Source of the DNA: an uncultured Bacteroidales bacterium
GTDB taxonomy: Bacteria > Bacteroidota > Bacteroidia > Bacteroidales > Muribaculaceae
Assembly (NCBI GenBank): GCA_902792895.1
Contig: CADBBK010000004.1
Span: forward strand, 60,464-124,463
DNA length: 64,000 nucleotides
Direction of reading: 5' to 3'
Shown here: positions 1 through 10,109 of the stretch, piece after piece
How the letters are laid out: each line of letters begins with the position of its first letter
Position numbering within the stretch: position 1 is the stretch's first letter
Notes under the pieces: model-generated
Databases searched by the model: none
Told to the model about the DNA's origin: nothing
The model's input: the letters and a program-made list of their open reading frames with translations, nothing else
Position numbers and translations under genes: made by a program

Positions 1-100
1 ACTCGCCACTGTCATCGACTGGACCGTCAAAAACTGACCAGGCCGTTTTTAAGCCAGTAGCCCGTCAGCATCTCCACCACAGCAACGGGAAAAACTGAAT

Positions 101-164
101 ACAATAAATACAATAAGTGCAAACTGCTGTATTTTCAGCCTATTGTACTTATTGTATTTATTGT
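101..164. repeat. 18-bp perfect inverted repeat (ACAATAAATACAATAAGT / ACTTATTGTATTTATTGT) with a 28-nt spacer, in a convergent intergenic region
   Basis: Arms read directly at 101-118 and 147-164. The repeat is followed by TTTTCT, so it may act as a + strand terminator hairpin. Confidence 0.6.
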
Positions 165-180
165 TTTCTACATTTCTATG

Positions 181-202
181 GAGACGCAAGATTTTGCGTC
201 TC
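181..202 (-). terminator. Hairpin downstream of the glycosyltransferase gene
   Basis: GAGACGCAA-gatt-TTGCGTCTC forms a 9-bp stem 36 nt past the stop codon at 238. There is no clear U-tract. Confidence 0.4.
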
Positions 203-237
203 TACATAGCGAATACATTGAGTATCAGTATGTTGTT

Positions 238-1500
238 TTATCGCTGATTCTTCAGGGCTGCAAGGTAGACGTCCTGGTAGCGGCTTGCGGCGACTGGCTC
301 GCTGTAGGTGGCGAGGGCGCTTGAGCGCGCGGCCGCACTCAATGCAGGATGGCGGCTCTCGTCGAGGCACCAGGCTATGCCTTGCGCAAAATCAATACTG
401 TCGCAATAATCGGCCACATAACCATCCTGCTGATGGTTGATCATCTCGGGGATGCCTCCCACGTCAAAGCCCACACAGGGCGTTCCGCAGGACATCGCCT
501 CGACGATGGTGTTGGGCAGATTGTCCTGTAAGGATGGGGTAACGAACAGGTCCACGGCATTGTACAACTCGGCGATGTCGGCCTCACTGCTCAGGTAGTT
601 GACGGGATAGACCGGCAACGGCAGGGCTTCCTTGACGCTCTCGGCGTCACCGCCCAGCACGACAACGCCGAGTTTACCAGGTAGCGTAGGATGGTGCTTG
701 CTGATGTGCTCACAGGCTTCGACCAAGAAACTGAAGCCCTTGCGCTCGTCGGTGATGCGCTGAGCGCCGAACAGCAGCAGTTTTTTGTCCATCGGCAGAT
801 GGTGGTGTGCGCGTGCTGCCTGCTTGTCCATTGGGGCAAACACGTCGGTATCGATGGCATTGGGCACATGGGTGACCGGGTGGCCAGCGGTCAGCGGACT
901 CTTGCGGGCCAGGTCGGCCATCCAGCGGCTGCAGCCCACAAAGGTCAGGTTGCGGCCCTCGTACATCGCCCGCTTGCGGTCAAATACGCGCCGGGCCAAG
1001 TCGACACCCAGCCCTTTGAGCATGTGGCACTTCCCGCATTGCGTCTGATACTTGTCACAGCCTCCCGAATAGTGGCAGATGCCCGTGAAATACCACTGGT
1101 CATGCAACGTGAGCACCACGGGTTTGCCCGAGGCGAGGATGCGGTCGATATCACGCAACGAGAGATAAGCCTGGTTGGTCCAGTGCAGGTGGATGACGTC
1201 GGCCTGACGGAACTCGGGGAGCGCCGTGATGTCGGTGCCCGTATTGGCGATATCGACCTGGAATATGCCCTGGCGGCTCAACCCGTTGGCGAGCCAGATG
1301 ACACCGCGCTCCCACAGGAACTTGGCCTTCAGACGCCACGACTGGGGGATGCTCACCACCTCAGGGGCATCGGTCTTGCGGTCGCGCACGACCATGCGGG
1401 CCTCGACGCCGTTACGGTTCAAGGCATGCATCAGGCGGTTGGCGGCAATCGCTGCCCCACCCGTCCTCTCGGATGTATTGACAATCAGTACCCTCATCAT
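238..1500 (-). CDS. Glycosyltransferase family 1 (GT4-type, GT-B fold)
   Basis: The track ORF 238..1518 starts with TTG upstream of a -7 box, so I trimmed it to the ATG pair at 1500/1497 (MMRVLIVNTSERTGGAAIAANRL...). The C-terminal EGFGLP-like region (NLPNTIVEAMSCGTPCVGFDVGGIPE) is typical of GT1. Confidence 0.85.
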   Translation of the reverse strand: MMRVLIVNTSERTGGAAIAANRLMHALNRNGVEARMVVRDRKTDAPEVVSIPQSWRLKAKFLWERGVIWLANGLSRQGIFQVDIANTGTDITALPEFRQADVIHLHWTNQAYLSLRDIDRILASGKPVVLTLHDQWYFTGICHYSGGCDKYQTQCGKCHMLKGLGVDLARRVFDRKRAMYEGRNLTFVGCSRWMADLARKSPLTAGHPVTHVPNAIDTDVFAPMDKQAARAHHHLPMDKKLLLFGAQRITDERKGFSFLVEACEHISKHHPTLPGKLGVVVLGGDAESVKEALPLPVYPVNYLSSEADIAELYNAVDLFVTPSLQDNLPNTIVEAMSCGTPCVGFDVGGIPEMINHQQDGYVADYCDSIDFAQGIAWCLDESRHPALSAAARSSALATYSEPVAASRYQDVYLAALKNQR

Positions 1501-1506
1501 CGATGA

Positions 1507-1514
1507 CAAAGGTA
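1507..1514 (-). promoter_or_regulatory. Bacteroidota -7 promoter box TACCTTTG (TAnnTTTG)
   Basis: The reverse complement of CAAAGGTA lies 7 nt upstream of the ATG at 1500, which implies a leaderless or near-leaderless mRNA. Confidence 0.5.
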
Positions 1515-1627
1515 GCAATTTTTTGCTGAATAGCGGTATCGTGAGCCGTTAATAGTTGAGCGACAAGAAAACGGGCATCCGGAGGGGTGCCTCCAAATGC
1601 CCGTCGTCATGGGTTCTCGGCGACAGC

Positions 1628-2179
1628 TTACTTCTTGAAGAAGCGCTTGTACAGGCCGGCAAAGCCCTGTCCGTGACGGGCCTCGTCGCGTGCCATCTCG
1701 TGAACGGTGTCGTGGATGGCGTCAAGATTCTGAGCCTTGGCAAGCTTGGCGATGCGGAACTTGTCCTCGCATGCACCGGCCTCGGCTGCCATGCGCTTCT
1801 CGAGGTTGGTCTTGGTGTCCCAAACGACCTCACCCAGCAGCTCGGCGAACTTGGCGGCATGCTCAGCCTCCTCAAAGGCGTAGCGCTTGAAGGCCTCGGC
1901 TACCTCGGGATATCCCTCACGGTCGGCCTGGCGTGACATTGCCAGATACATGCCCACCTCGGAGCATTCGCCCTCGAAGTGTGCCTTGAGGCCAGCGAGG
2001 ATTTCGGGGTCAACGCCCTTGGCAACACCCAGGGTGTGCTCGGCGGCATAGGTTACTTCCTCGTCCTCCTTGAGTTCCTTGAACTTCTCGGCGGGTTGTT
2101 TACACTGCGGACATTTCTCGGGGGGCGTGTCGCCCTCGTGTACATAACCGCACACGGTGCAGATCCATTTCTTAGCCAT
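1628..2179 (-). CDS. rbr: Reverse rubrerythrin (N-terminal rubredoxin-like knuckles plus a C-terminal diiron ferritin-like domain)
   Basis: 183 aa. The N-terminus has [20 protein letters not shown]. It is followed by a four-helix domain with ExxH motifs (EEAEH, DEARH). Confidence 0.9.
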   Translation of the reverse strand: MAKKWICTVCGYVHEGDTPPEKCPQCKQPAEKFKELKEDEEVTYAAEHTLGVAKGVDPEILAGLKAHFEGECSEVGMYLAMSRQADREGYPEVAEAFKRYAFEEAEHAAKFAELLGEVVWDTKTNLEKRMAAEAGACEDKFRIAKLAKAQNLDAIHDTVHEMARDEARHGQGFAGLYKRFFKK

Positions 2180-2290
2180 AATCGTTAGTTAGTTGTTCTT
2201 TCTTTTATTTGTAAGTAAGTTAAACAGGTAATTAATTAGATGTCATGATTGTATTCCCGCTGGCGCGGGGCAGAATGCGCATGGGCGCAT

Positions 2291-2404
2291 TTACTCGGTC
2301 ACTTCCTCAAAGTCCTCGGGGCCAACGCCGCACAGGGGGCATTCTTCGGGAGGTGTGTCACCCTCATGGATGTATCCACACACAACACATTTCCATTTCT
2401 TCAT
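2291..2404 (-). CDS. 37-aa rubredoxin-like mini-protein (CxxC...CxxC), not in the ORF track
   Basis: Hand translation gives [37 protein letters not shown] followed by a stop. The ATG is at 2404 and the TAA at 2291-2293. It is near-identical to the first ~25 residues of the downstream rubrerythrin and has its own -7 box at 2452-2459. Confidence 0.65.
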   Translation of the reverse strand: MKKWKCVVCGYIHEGDTPPEECPLCGVGPEDFEEVTE

Positions 2405-2451
2405 TGCCGTGAATTGTTTTAGATGGTTAATAAAATACGTTTTACTGCTTA

Positions 2452-2459
2452 CAAAGTTA
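2452..2459 (-). promoter_or_regulatory. -7 promoter box TAACTTTG
   Basis: The reverse complement of CAAAGTTA lies 48 nt upstream of the mini-ORF ATG. Confidence 0.5.
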
Positions 2460-2565
2460 CACCACAGCGCGCCAATATTCCAAATTTTTTATCGTTTTTT
2501 TTCAATAAAAATCCCTGCAACGCCAGCAGGCACTGCAGGGATCGATGTCATGCAAGAGACAGGGA

Positions 2566-3648
<1,083 letters not shown>

Positions 3649-3712
3649 CTATTAGTAGATTTTTTTACTACCTTTGCATAACGTAACTGGAGAACAGTCG
3701 CGTTAGCGACTG

Positions 3713-3720
3713 CAAAGTTA
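3713..3720 (-). promoter_or_regulatory. -7 promoter box TAACTTTG upstream of gap
   Basis: The reverse complement of CAAAGTTA lies about 110 nt upstream of the gap ATG. A mirror TACCTTTG on the + strand at 3669-3676 may serve mscL. Confidence 0.45.
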
Positions 3721-3845
3721 ACGATATTTTTGGGATTTCGTGTTCTTTGAGTGGCAAAATGCTGCTTTTGGGGCACAATTAAGATAGTTTAAGACTCAGA
3801 AAACGATTTGTAATCTTAATATTAATTTTTTAAAACTGCAAAATT

Positions 3846-4343
3846 ATGGGATTCATTAAAGAATTTAAGGAGTTCGCTATGAAGGGTAATGTAATGGACA
3901 TGGCTGTCGGTGTTATCATCGGTGGTGCCTTCGGCAAGATTGTTACTTCGCTTGTTGATGACGTGTTGATGCCCGCAATCGGCCTGCTGACCGGTGGCGT
4001 TGACCTGTCAGGACTGGAGTATCATCTGCCTCCCGTGTCCGAGATGGTTGGTGAAGCAGCTTCGGCTGTCGGTGCCGAGGGCGCCGTTGATGCTGTAGCC
4101 GATGCTGCCAACACGGTTGCCGCCAACGCCGGCGTTGCTGCCGAGGCTACTGGTGCAGTGCTCAAGTACGGTCTGTTCCTCCAGAACGTCATCGACTTCC
4201 TCATCATCGCATTCTGCATCTTCCTGATGATCAAGGCCATGAACAAGCTCATGCCCAAGAAGGAAGAGCCCGAGGCTCCCGCTGGCCCCACCCAGGAAGA
4301 GCTGCTCGGTGAGATCCGCGACCTGCTCAAGGAGAAGAAGTAA
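3846..4343 (+). CDS. mscL: Large-conductance mechanosensitive channel MscL, with an Ala/Val/Gly-rich loop insertion
   Basis: The N-terminus [33 protein letters not shown] matches the MscL TM1 signature. TM2 is [26 protein letters not shown]. At 165 aa it exceeds the ~130-140 aa I recall as typical. Confidence 0.9.
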   Translation: MGFIKEFKEFAMKGNVMDMAVGVIIGGAFGKIVTSLVDDVLMPAIGLLTGGVDLSGLEYHLPPVSEMVGEAASAVGAEGAVDAVADAANTVAANAGVAAEATGAVLKYGLFLQNVIDFLIIAFCIFLMIKAMNKLMPKKEEPEAPAGPTQEELLGEIRDLLKEKK

Positions 4344-4413
4344 GCCATTACCCTATTCTTCACAGGCGACGGTATGCCTTCATGCATGGCCATGAAGCGC
4401 ACCCAAGTCACAC

Positions 4414-4450
4414 AATGCCCACGGCGCCTCGATGGTTTGCCGTGGGCATT
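4414..4450 (+). terminator. Hairpin terminator after mscL
   Basis: AATGCCCACGGC ... GCCGTGGGCATT forms a 12-bp stem. The downstream T-tract is weak. Confidence 0.5.
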
Positions 4451-4471
4451 ACGTTGTTGTCCCATGTGCCT

Positions 4472-4503
4472 AAAAAAAACTATGCCACGGTCACGCGGCA
4501 TAG
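4472..4503 (-). terminator. Intrinsic terminator after the LuxR-type gene
   Basis: The hairpin CTATGCC...GGCATAG is preceded on the + strand by A8, which gives a U-tract on the - strand. It lies 31 nt past the stop at 4534. Confidence 0.6.
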
Positions 4504-4533
4504 CCTTTATTCGTCCAAGTGGGTATATCAATA

Positions 4534-4752
4534 CTAGTCGTTGATCTTTAACAAGCCTGTGCGATAGGCTTTACCGATCAGTTCAGCGACATTGCGGGAG
4601 TTTGTCTTGCGCAACAATTGTTTGCGGTGGTACTCCACTGTGTTGGAGGAGATGAAAATCTTCTCTCCGATTTCCTTGCTGTTATACCCTGCTGACAGCA
4701 ATTCGAGGACTTCCTTTTCTCTGGAAGTAAGTTCAATCTTGGGGGCACTCAT
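4534..4752 (-). CDS. Stand-alone LuxR/FixJ-type HTH DNA-binding protein with no receiver or sensor domain
   Basis: 72 aa. It carries EKEVLELLSAGYNSKEIGEKIFISSNTVEYHRKQLLRK. Confidence 0.8.
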   Translation of the reverse strand: MSAPKIELTSREKEVLELLSAGYNSKEIGEKIFISSNTVEYHRKQLLRKTNSRNVAELIGKAYRTGLLKIND

Positions 4753-5067
4753 ATAATATCACGTTTTTTGATAAGATGCTAATTTTAACGTACTTGCAAA
4801 AATAGATACGAATTGTCATCAAACCAAACAAAATCGCAATAATTTAGACAAAATGATATCAAAACTATTTATTTCAGTAGAAAATTTGGACAAATGTCAA
4901 CTTTTTTCTTTGAAAACTACATATTATTAATCAAAAATCTACTCCGTCGATATTCCCATTTTCGGTGTTCGGTGCCAGGATTTCATGGTAAGGGCGTATT
5001 GATACTCCTGAATATCCCTGAAATCCTGGCTGATATTTACTGAATGTAGAGTGTGGTAATTTCGTCC

Positions 5068-5931
5068 TTACCAGGTGCCGCCGCCACCGCCGCCACCGAA
5101 GGAGCCTCCAGCAAAGCCATGCCATGATGAGTCATCGTCGTTATTATTGCTACTATTGCTCCAGGAATAGTCATCATCGTCGTTGTCATCGTCATCATCA
5201 TCATCTGAGCTGTCGCCGGAATCGTCGTCGATGTGTCCTCCCCAGGTGCCGGTGTCGGTTTCGGCACCGATATTATCACTGTTCTCGTCATCACTGCTGC
5301 TGTGGAACCACCCGAAGGGATCAAACTTGTAGAGAAGATACAGGATGGCGATGAGAATGGTCAGGTACCAGCCCCACCCACGTTTTCCACCACTGGGCTT
5401 AGTTCCGCCGCTGTGTTTCTGATTGTACTCTCCGATAGCCACATCACGGACTGCCCGTGCGCCGGCCCACACGCCAGCCAGATAATCGTTGTCCTTGAAA
5501 TGAGGTATCATCTCCTGATTGACAATCTGCGTGCAAAGGGCATCGGTGAGAACACCCTCCAGACCATAGCCGGTGGAAATGAACGCCTCACCCTTGCTAT
5601 CCTCGGTCTTGGGCTTAATCAGGATGATGACACCATTGCGGTTTTCTTCGGTGCCGACACCCCATTCTTGACCGATCTTCTGAGACAAGATGGCCTTGTC
5701 TTCACCACTCAGGTCCTTCATGGTGACGACACATATCTGGTTGCTGGTCTTCAATGCGATGCTTTCCAGTGAATCCTCGAGCCACTGGCATTCGCCAAAA
5801 ACTTCGGCAAAGTCGTTTACCAGACGCGGGGGATCGGGCCTGGGAGGTACCTGTGCCGTCACAGGCATGGCCACAAACACCAGCAGCATGATTGCTGCCA
5901 GACACCACATCGCTTTATACCGCATTGTCAT
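5068..5931 (-). CDS. TPM-domain (YgcG-like) membrane protein with an Asp-rich then Gly-rich tail
   Basis: It has a signal peptide, a TPM core (LVNDFAEVF...NGVIILIKPK...GYGLEG), a TM segment and the tail DDDDDDDNDDDD...GGSFGGGGGGGTW. I chose the start at MTMRYK (5931) by parallel with the paralog; the track start is 5958. Confidence 0.8.
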   Translation of the reverse strand: MTMRYKAMWCLAAIMLLVFVAMPVTAQVPPRPDPPRLVNDFAEVFGECQWLEDSLESIALKTSNQICVVTMKDLSGEDKAILSQKIGQEWGVGTEENRNGVIILIKPKTEDSKGEAFISTGYGLEGVLTDALCTQIVNQEMIPHFKDNDYLAGVWAGARAVRDVAIGEYNQKHSGGTKPSGGKRGWGWYLTILIAILYLLYKFDPFGWFHSSSDDENSDNIGAETDTGTWGGHIDDDSGDSSDDDDDDDNDDDDYSWSNSSNNNDDDSSWHGFAGGSFGGGGGGGTW

Positions 5932-6006
5932 CGTTTTTGTTACATTTCCATTTGCCATGCTATCATCAATTCATTCAAGGCGCAACGAATAGTGCCTGAC
6001 CAGGCG

Positions 6007-6819
6007 TTACCAGCTGCCGCCACCGCCACCGCCGCCAAAGGAACCGCCGCCGAAGCCTCCCCAGCCGCCTCCGCCGCCGAAGGAACCGCCGCCGCCCCAC
6101 GAGGAGCCGCCGCGTCCCCAGTCGTGGCCGGTGGTAAAGATGATGGGGCCACCCCAAGTGCCGGTATCGCCATTGTTGCGATGGCTGTTGTTGTTATTGT
6201 TGCTCTTGTGGGCAAGATATAGGAACAGGAGCATGAAACCGATGAACAGCAGCAGTCCTAACAAGGCATCGCCATCGTCCTGGCTGGCATAATCCTCCTC
6301 GTTGTACTCACCGATGGCCAGGTCGCGCACGACCTGTGCTCCAGCCCACACACCACCCAGGTAATCGTTCTCCTTGAAGTAAGGAATCATCTCCTGATTG
6401 ACGATGCGCGTGCTGCTAGCGTCGGTAATGGCACCCTCCAGACCATAGCCCACGGCAATGAACGCCTCGCCCTTGCTCTCTTCGGTCTTGGGCTTAACGA
6501 GAATCACCACACCATTACGGTTGTCCTTGGTGCCTACGCCCCACTTCTCACCGATGTTATAGGCCATCCATGCCTTGTCATAGCCACCAAGGTCGCTCAT
6601 GGTGACGACACATATCTGGTTGCTGGTTTCCATGGCAATGCGCTCCAGTGAGTCTTCCAGCCACTGGCAATCGCCCAGGATACCGGCAAAGTCGTTCACC
6701 AGGCGCGGGGGGTCGGGACGTGGGGGCACCTGCGCCACAGTGGTTTGCGCCGTCAACAGCAGCAATAGGACTACAGCCAGGTACCTCAACACTTTATTCC
6801 AGGTTGCTCTCATTGTCAT
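6007..6819 (-). CDS. TPM-domain (YgcG-like) membrane protein, paralog with a Gly/Trp-rich tail
   Basis: It has the same architecture as 5068-5931. I trimmed the start to MTMRATWNK (6819) to avoid a 32-nt overlap with the upstream gene. Confidence 0.8.
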   Translation of the reverse strand: MTMRATWNKVLRYLAVVLLLLLTAQTTVAQVPPRPDPPRLVNDFAGILGDCQWLEDSLERIAMETSNQICVVTMSDLGGYDKAWMAYNIGEKWGVGTKDNRNGVVILVKPKTEESKGEAFIAVGYGLEGAITDASSTRIVNQEMIPYFKENDYLGGVWAGAQVVRDLAIGEYNEEDYASQDDGDALLGLLLFIGFMLLFLYLAHKSNNNNNSHRNNGDTGTWGGPIIFTTGHDWGRGGSSWGGGGSFGGGGGWGGFGGGSFGGGGGGGSW

Positions 6820-6829
6820 GGTTGTCGTT

Positions 6830-7288
6830 TCAATCGTCGTCTTCCTCGTCACCGTCATCAAAGGTGACCTCGTTGCTTAACTCGTTCTCGTCGTCACGTT
6901 CACCAGGAAAGTACTCCGAGAGGCGGTCTCCAATGCGTGCAATAATCTCGCACAGGCCATCGACGGGACGTCCCGCCTTCAGGTACTTGCCCAATTCCTC
7001 CGACTCCTGGTCCCAAAAGCCCTCAGGCACCACATCGTTGATACCGGTGTCGCCCAAGATGGCGAACTTGCGGGCCTCATAGGCAATAAAAATCAGCACG
7101 GCGTTGCGACGCTTGGTCGTGTACAGGTGCAGCTTGTTGAACTTCTTGACAGCGCGCTTGTACACATTGCCACGGCAGCTCGGCGTCACATGGACGCAGA
7201 TTTCTCCGGTCGTGTGACGCTCGGCTGCTGTAATGGCGTCGGCAATGCGCCGTTGTCCCTCGCTGGGGATAAAATCAGCTAGTGCCAT
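6830..7288 (-). CDS. Cytoplasmic TPM-domain protein (TLP18.3/Psb32/MOLO-1-type phosphatase fold)
   Basis: 152 aa with no signal peptide. It contains GEICVHV, AVLIFIAYEARKFAILGD and an acidic C-terminus. Confidence 0.75.
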   Translation of the reverse strand: MALADFIPSEGQRRIADAITAAERHTTGEICVHVTPSCRGNVYKRAVKKFNKLHLYTTKRRNAVLIFIAYEARKFAILGDTGINDVVPEGFWDQESEELGKYLKAGRPVDGLCEIIARIGDRLSEYFPGERDDENELSNEVTFDDGDEEDDD

Positions 7289-7291
7289 ACA

Positions 7292-7891
7292 TCAATTGGT
7301 GCCAAAGTCCACTTTGGGGGCCTGGTCAGCGCCCTCCTGAGCCTTGAAGTAAGGCTTCTCACCGAAGTTGAAGATAGCGGCAATGATGTTGGTGGGGAAG
7401 GTGCGGCGCTTGGTGTTGTACTCCCTAGCCGTCTCGTTGAACTTGTTGCGCTCCACAGTAATGCGGTTCTCGGTGCCTTCCAACTGATTCTGCAGCTCCA
7501 GGAAGTTCTGGTTGGCCTTCAGGTCAGGATAACTCTCGCTCACGGCGATCAGTCGGCTCAGTGCATTGGTGATTTCACCCTGAGCAGCCTGATACTTCTG
7601 CAGGTCCTCAGCAGTCATGTTGCTGGGGTCGATGGTGACCTTGGTGGCATTGGCGCGAGCCTCGATGACGCCTTCAAGCGTCTCCTGCTCGTGCTTGGCG
7701 TAACCTTTGACAGTATTCACAAGGTTGGGAATCAGGTCAGCACGGCGCTGATACACATTCTCCACTTGAGACCAGGCGGTCTCCACGCTCTCCTGCGAGG
7801 CCACGAGGCCGTTAAAGGTACCTTTGATCCATCCATACAAACCGAGGCCGATAACGCACAGGATAATAATTCCGATAAGTCCTTTTTTCAT
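7292..7891 (-). CDS. lemA: LemA family protein
   Basis: 199 aa with an N-terminal TM segment and the LemA signature ETAWSQVENVYQRRADLIPNLVNTVKGYAKHE. It is first in a four-gene LemA-TPM cluster with 3-75 nt gaps. Confidence 0.9.
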   Translation of the reverse strand: MKKGLIGIIILCVIGLGLYGWIKGTFNGLVASQESVETAWSQVENVYQRRADLIPNLVNTVKGYAKHEQETLEGVIEARANATKVTIDPSNMTAEDLQKYQAAQGEITNALSRLIAVSESYPDLKANQNFLELQNQLEGTENRITVERNKFNETAREYNTKRRTFPTNIIAAIFNFGEKPYFKAQEGADQAPKVDFGTN

Positions 7892-8044
7892 CGTTCAATT
7901 GTTTTTAATATTAGGTAAATAATTTTTCTTCAACATGGCAAATGTACTAAATACCTCATGAATAATAGCAAAACTTGTGCCACTTTTTTTCATTTCGGGC
8001 GCTTTTACCGCATGATTACCCCATTCATGACTTGTAAAGCACAG

Positions 8045-8087
8045 ACAACAATGCCGACGAGGAATCACTTCCCGCCGGCATTGTTGT
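8045..8087 (-). terminator. Hairpin after queA
   Basis: ACAACAATGCCG ... CGGCATTGTTGT forms a 12-bp stem 29 nt past the queA stop. There is no U-tract. Confidence 0.45.
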
Positions 8088-8115
8088 GTTAAATGGTGGT
8101 GACGGACTAGGCTTT

Positions 8116-9171
8116 CTAGTCGTTGAGGATGAGCATGGCGTCGCCGTAGGCACCAAAACGGTACTTCTCCTCGATGGCCACCTTGTAGGCGTTCATCGTC
8201 TGCTCATAGCCGCCAAAGGCTGCCTGGGCCATCAGCATGATGGAGTAAGGCATGTGGAAATTGGTCACCAGTGCGTCACAGGTCGTGCACTCATAGGGCG
8301 GGAACAAGAACTTGTTGGACCAGCCACCGTAAGGCTTGATGTGGCCGTTCATGCCCACGCAGGTCTCAAAGGCGCGCAGCACCGACGTGCCGATGGCGCA
8401 CACCTTGTTGCCACCGTCGCGCAGGGCGTTGACCTTCTCAGCCAGCTGAACGCTGACGTCCATCTCCTCACTGTCCATGCGGTGCTTGGTCAAATCCTCG
8501 ACGTCGATGTCACGGTAACTGCCCAGGCTGATGTGCATGGTAATGAAGTCGCTCTCGATGTCGCGGATCTCCATGCGGCGCATCAACTCGCGCGAGAAGT
8601 GCAGACCTGCAGCGGGAGCCACCACGGCACCCTCCTTGCTGGCATAGATGGTCTGGTAGCGCTCGGCATCCTCGGGCTCAGGGTCACGGGAGATGTAATA
8701 GGGCAACGGCGTGTTACCCAGGTTGTACAGGTCCTTCTTGAACTGATCATGGTCGCCGTCGTAGAGGAAACGCAGCGTGCGGCCACGCGAGGTGGTGTTG
8801 TCAATGACCTCGGCCACCATCGAGTCGTCGAGACCGAAGTATAACTTGTTGCCGATGCGGATTTTGCGAGCCGGCTCCACGAGCACGTCCCACAGCTTGT
8901 TATTGGGATTGAGTTCACGCAGCAGGAACACCTCGATGCGGGCGCCGGTCTTCTCCTTGTTGCCGAACAGTTTGGCGGGGAACACCTGCGTGTCGTTGAA
9001 CACAAACATGTCATGGGGGCTGAAGTACTCCAATATTTCCTTGAACACCCGGTGCTCGATCTGGTTGCTGCGCTTGTGCAACACCATCAGTCGGGACTCG
9101 TCACGGACGGGAACGGGATGCGAGGCGATGAGCTCCTCGGGCATCTGAGTATTAAATTCTGAAAGTTTCAT
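8116..9171 (-). CDS. queA: S-adenosylmethionine:tRNA ribosyltransferase-isomerase
   Basis: 351 aa, with the motifs AIGTSVLRAFE and VTNFHMPYSIMLM. Confidence 0.95.
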   Translation of the reverse strand: MKLSEFNTQMPEELIASHPVPVRDESRLMVLHKRSNQIEHRVFKEILEYFSPHDMFVFNDTQVFPAKLFGNKEKTGARIEVFLLRELNPNNKLWDVLVEPARKIRIGNKLYFGLDDSMVAEVIDNTTSRGRTLRFLYDGDHDQFKKDLYNLGNTPLPYYISRDPEPEDAERYQTIYASKEGAVVAPAAGLHFSRELMRRMEIRDIESDFITMHISLGSYRDIDVEDLTKHRMDSEEMDVSVQLAEKVNALRDGGNKVCAIGTSVLRAFETCVGMNGHIKPYGGWSNKFLFPPYECTTCDALVTNFHMPYSIMLMAQAAFGGYEQTMNAYKVAIEEKYRFGAYGDAMLILND

Positions 9172-9222
9172 ATTATTAAGTCTTTAGTCCTTAGTCTCTA
9201 TTCGTTAGTTCATTGATTGCTT

Positions 9223-10080
9223 TCACTTGATCTGCGATGTGCGGCGCGGTGGGGCATCACACTTGGGGGCATTGGCCTGATGACGGGCAGCGCGCTCGGC
9301 TTTTTGACGTGCAGCACGCTCACGGTTCTCCTGGCGCTCGCGTTCCAGCCGCTCGGCGGCAGCCTGCTCGGGCGAGACATAGGTCTCGTTGTCCAGGCGT
9401 TCTACCAAGGCTTCCAGCGTGAGGCACTGGTCTATGGTGATGTCACCCACGCGGGTGCGGCGCAGGCCCGTCAAGTGGGCTCCGCTGCCCAATGCCTCGC
9501 CGATGTCGCGGGCCAGGGCACGGATATAGGTCCCCTTGCTGCAAACCACGCGCAACTGCAGGGTTGGTTGTTCGGGCAAGCCGCACTGGAGCACCTCAAT
9601 CTCATCGATGACGAGGGTCTTGGGACGGATTTCCACATCCTGCCCCTTACGGGCCAGCTTGTAAGCCGGCTTGCCATCGATTTTGCAGGCCGAGAACGAG
9701 GGCGGCACTTGCTCGATGCTTCCCGTGAACTGCTCCTTCAGCACCCGGTCGATGAGGGGACGGTCGATGTGCTGCCAGTCGTAGGTGGCATCCACCTCGG
9801 TCTCCAGGTCATAGCTGGGCGTGGTGGCTCCCAAGCGCAGGTCGGCAATATACTCCTTGACACCAGCCTGTAACTCGTCGATGCGCTTGGTGGCATGGCC
9901 GGTGCACAGCAACAGCACGCCTGTCGCCAACGGATCGAGCGTGCCGGCATGGCCCACCTTGACCTGACGGGTGCCCAAGTGGGTGCGCAGCACGGCGCGC
10001 ACCTTCTTGACCGCGGCAAACGAAGTCATTCTCAGCGGTTTGTCAATGCAGAATATTTCGCCTTCTATCGGGTTGAGCAT
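9223..10080 (-). CDS. truB: tRNA pseudouridine(55) synthase, with a charged Arg/Glu/Ala C-terminal tail
   Basis: It has the catalytic motif GHAGTLDPLATG. A ~55-aa tail (ERLERERQENRERAARQKAERAARH...) takes the place of a PUA domain. Confidence 0.9.
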   Translation of the reverse strand: MLNPIEGEIFCIDKPLRMTSFAAVKKVRAVLRTHLGTRQVKVGHAGTLDPLATGVLLLCTGHATKRIDELQAGVKEYIADLRLGATTPSYDLETEVDATYDWQHIDRPLIDRVLKEQFTGSIEQVPPSFSACKIDGKPAYKLARKGQDVEIRPKTLVIDEIEVLQCGLPEQPTLQLRVVCSKGTYIRALARDIGEALGSGAHLTGLRRTRVGDITIDQCLTLEALVERLDNETYVSPEQAAAERLERERQENRERAARQKAERAARHQANAPKCDAPPRRTSQIK

Positions 10081-10109
10081 GTTTTAGTCACTATTTACAG
10101 ACTCCTGAT

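Noticed and set aside
1-37. Possible 3' end of an upstream + strand gene (...LATVIDWTVKN stop)
   Set aside because: Only 11 codons are visible. That is too short to support a call.
5037-5354. ORFs rich in Thr/Met or His/Arg/Cys overlapping the 3' end of the TPM gene
   Set aside because: These are alternative-frame or antisense readings of the GAT/GAC (poly-Asp) and GGN (poly-Gly) codon repeats of the TPM tail.
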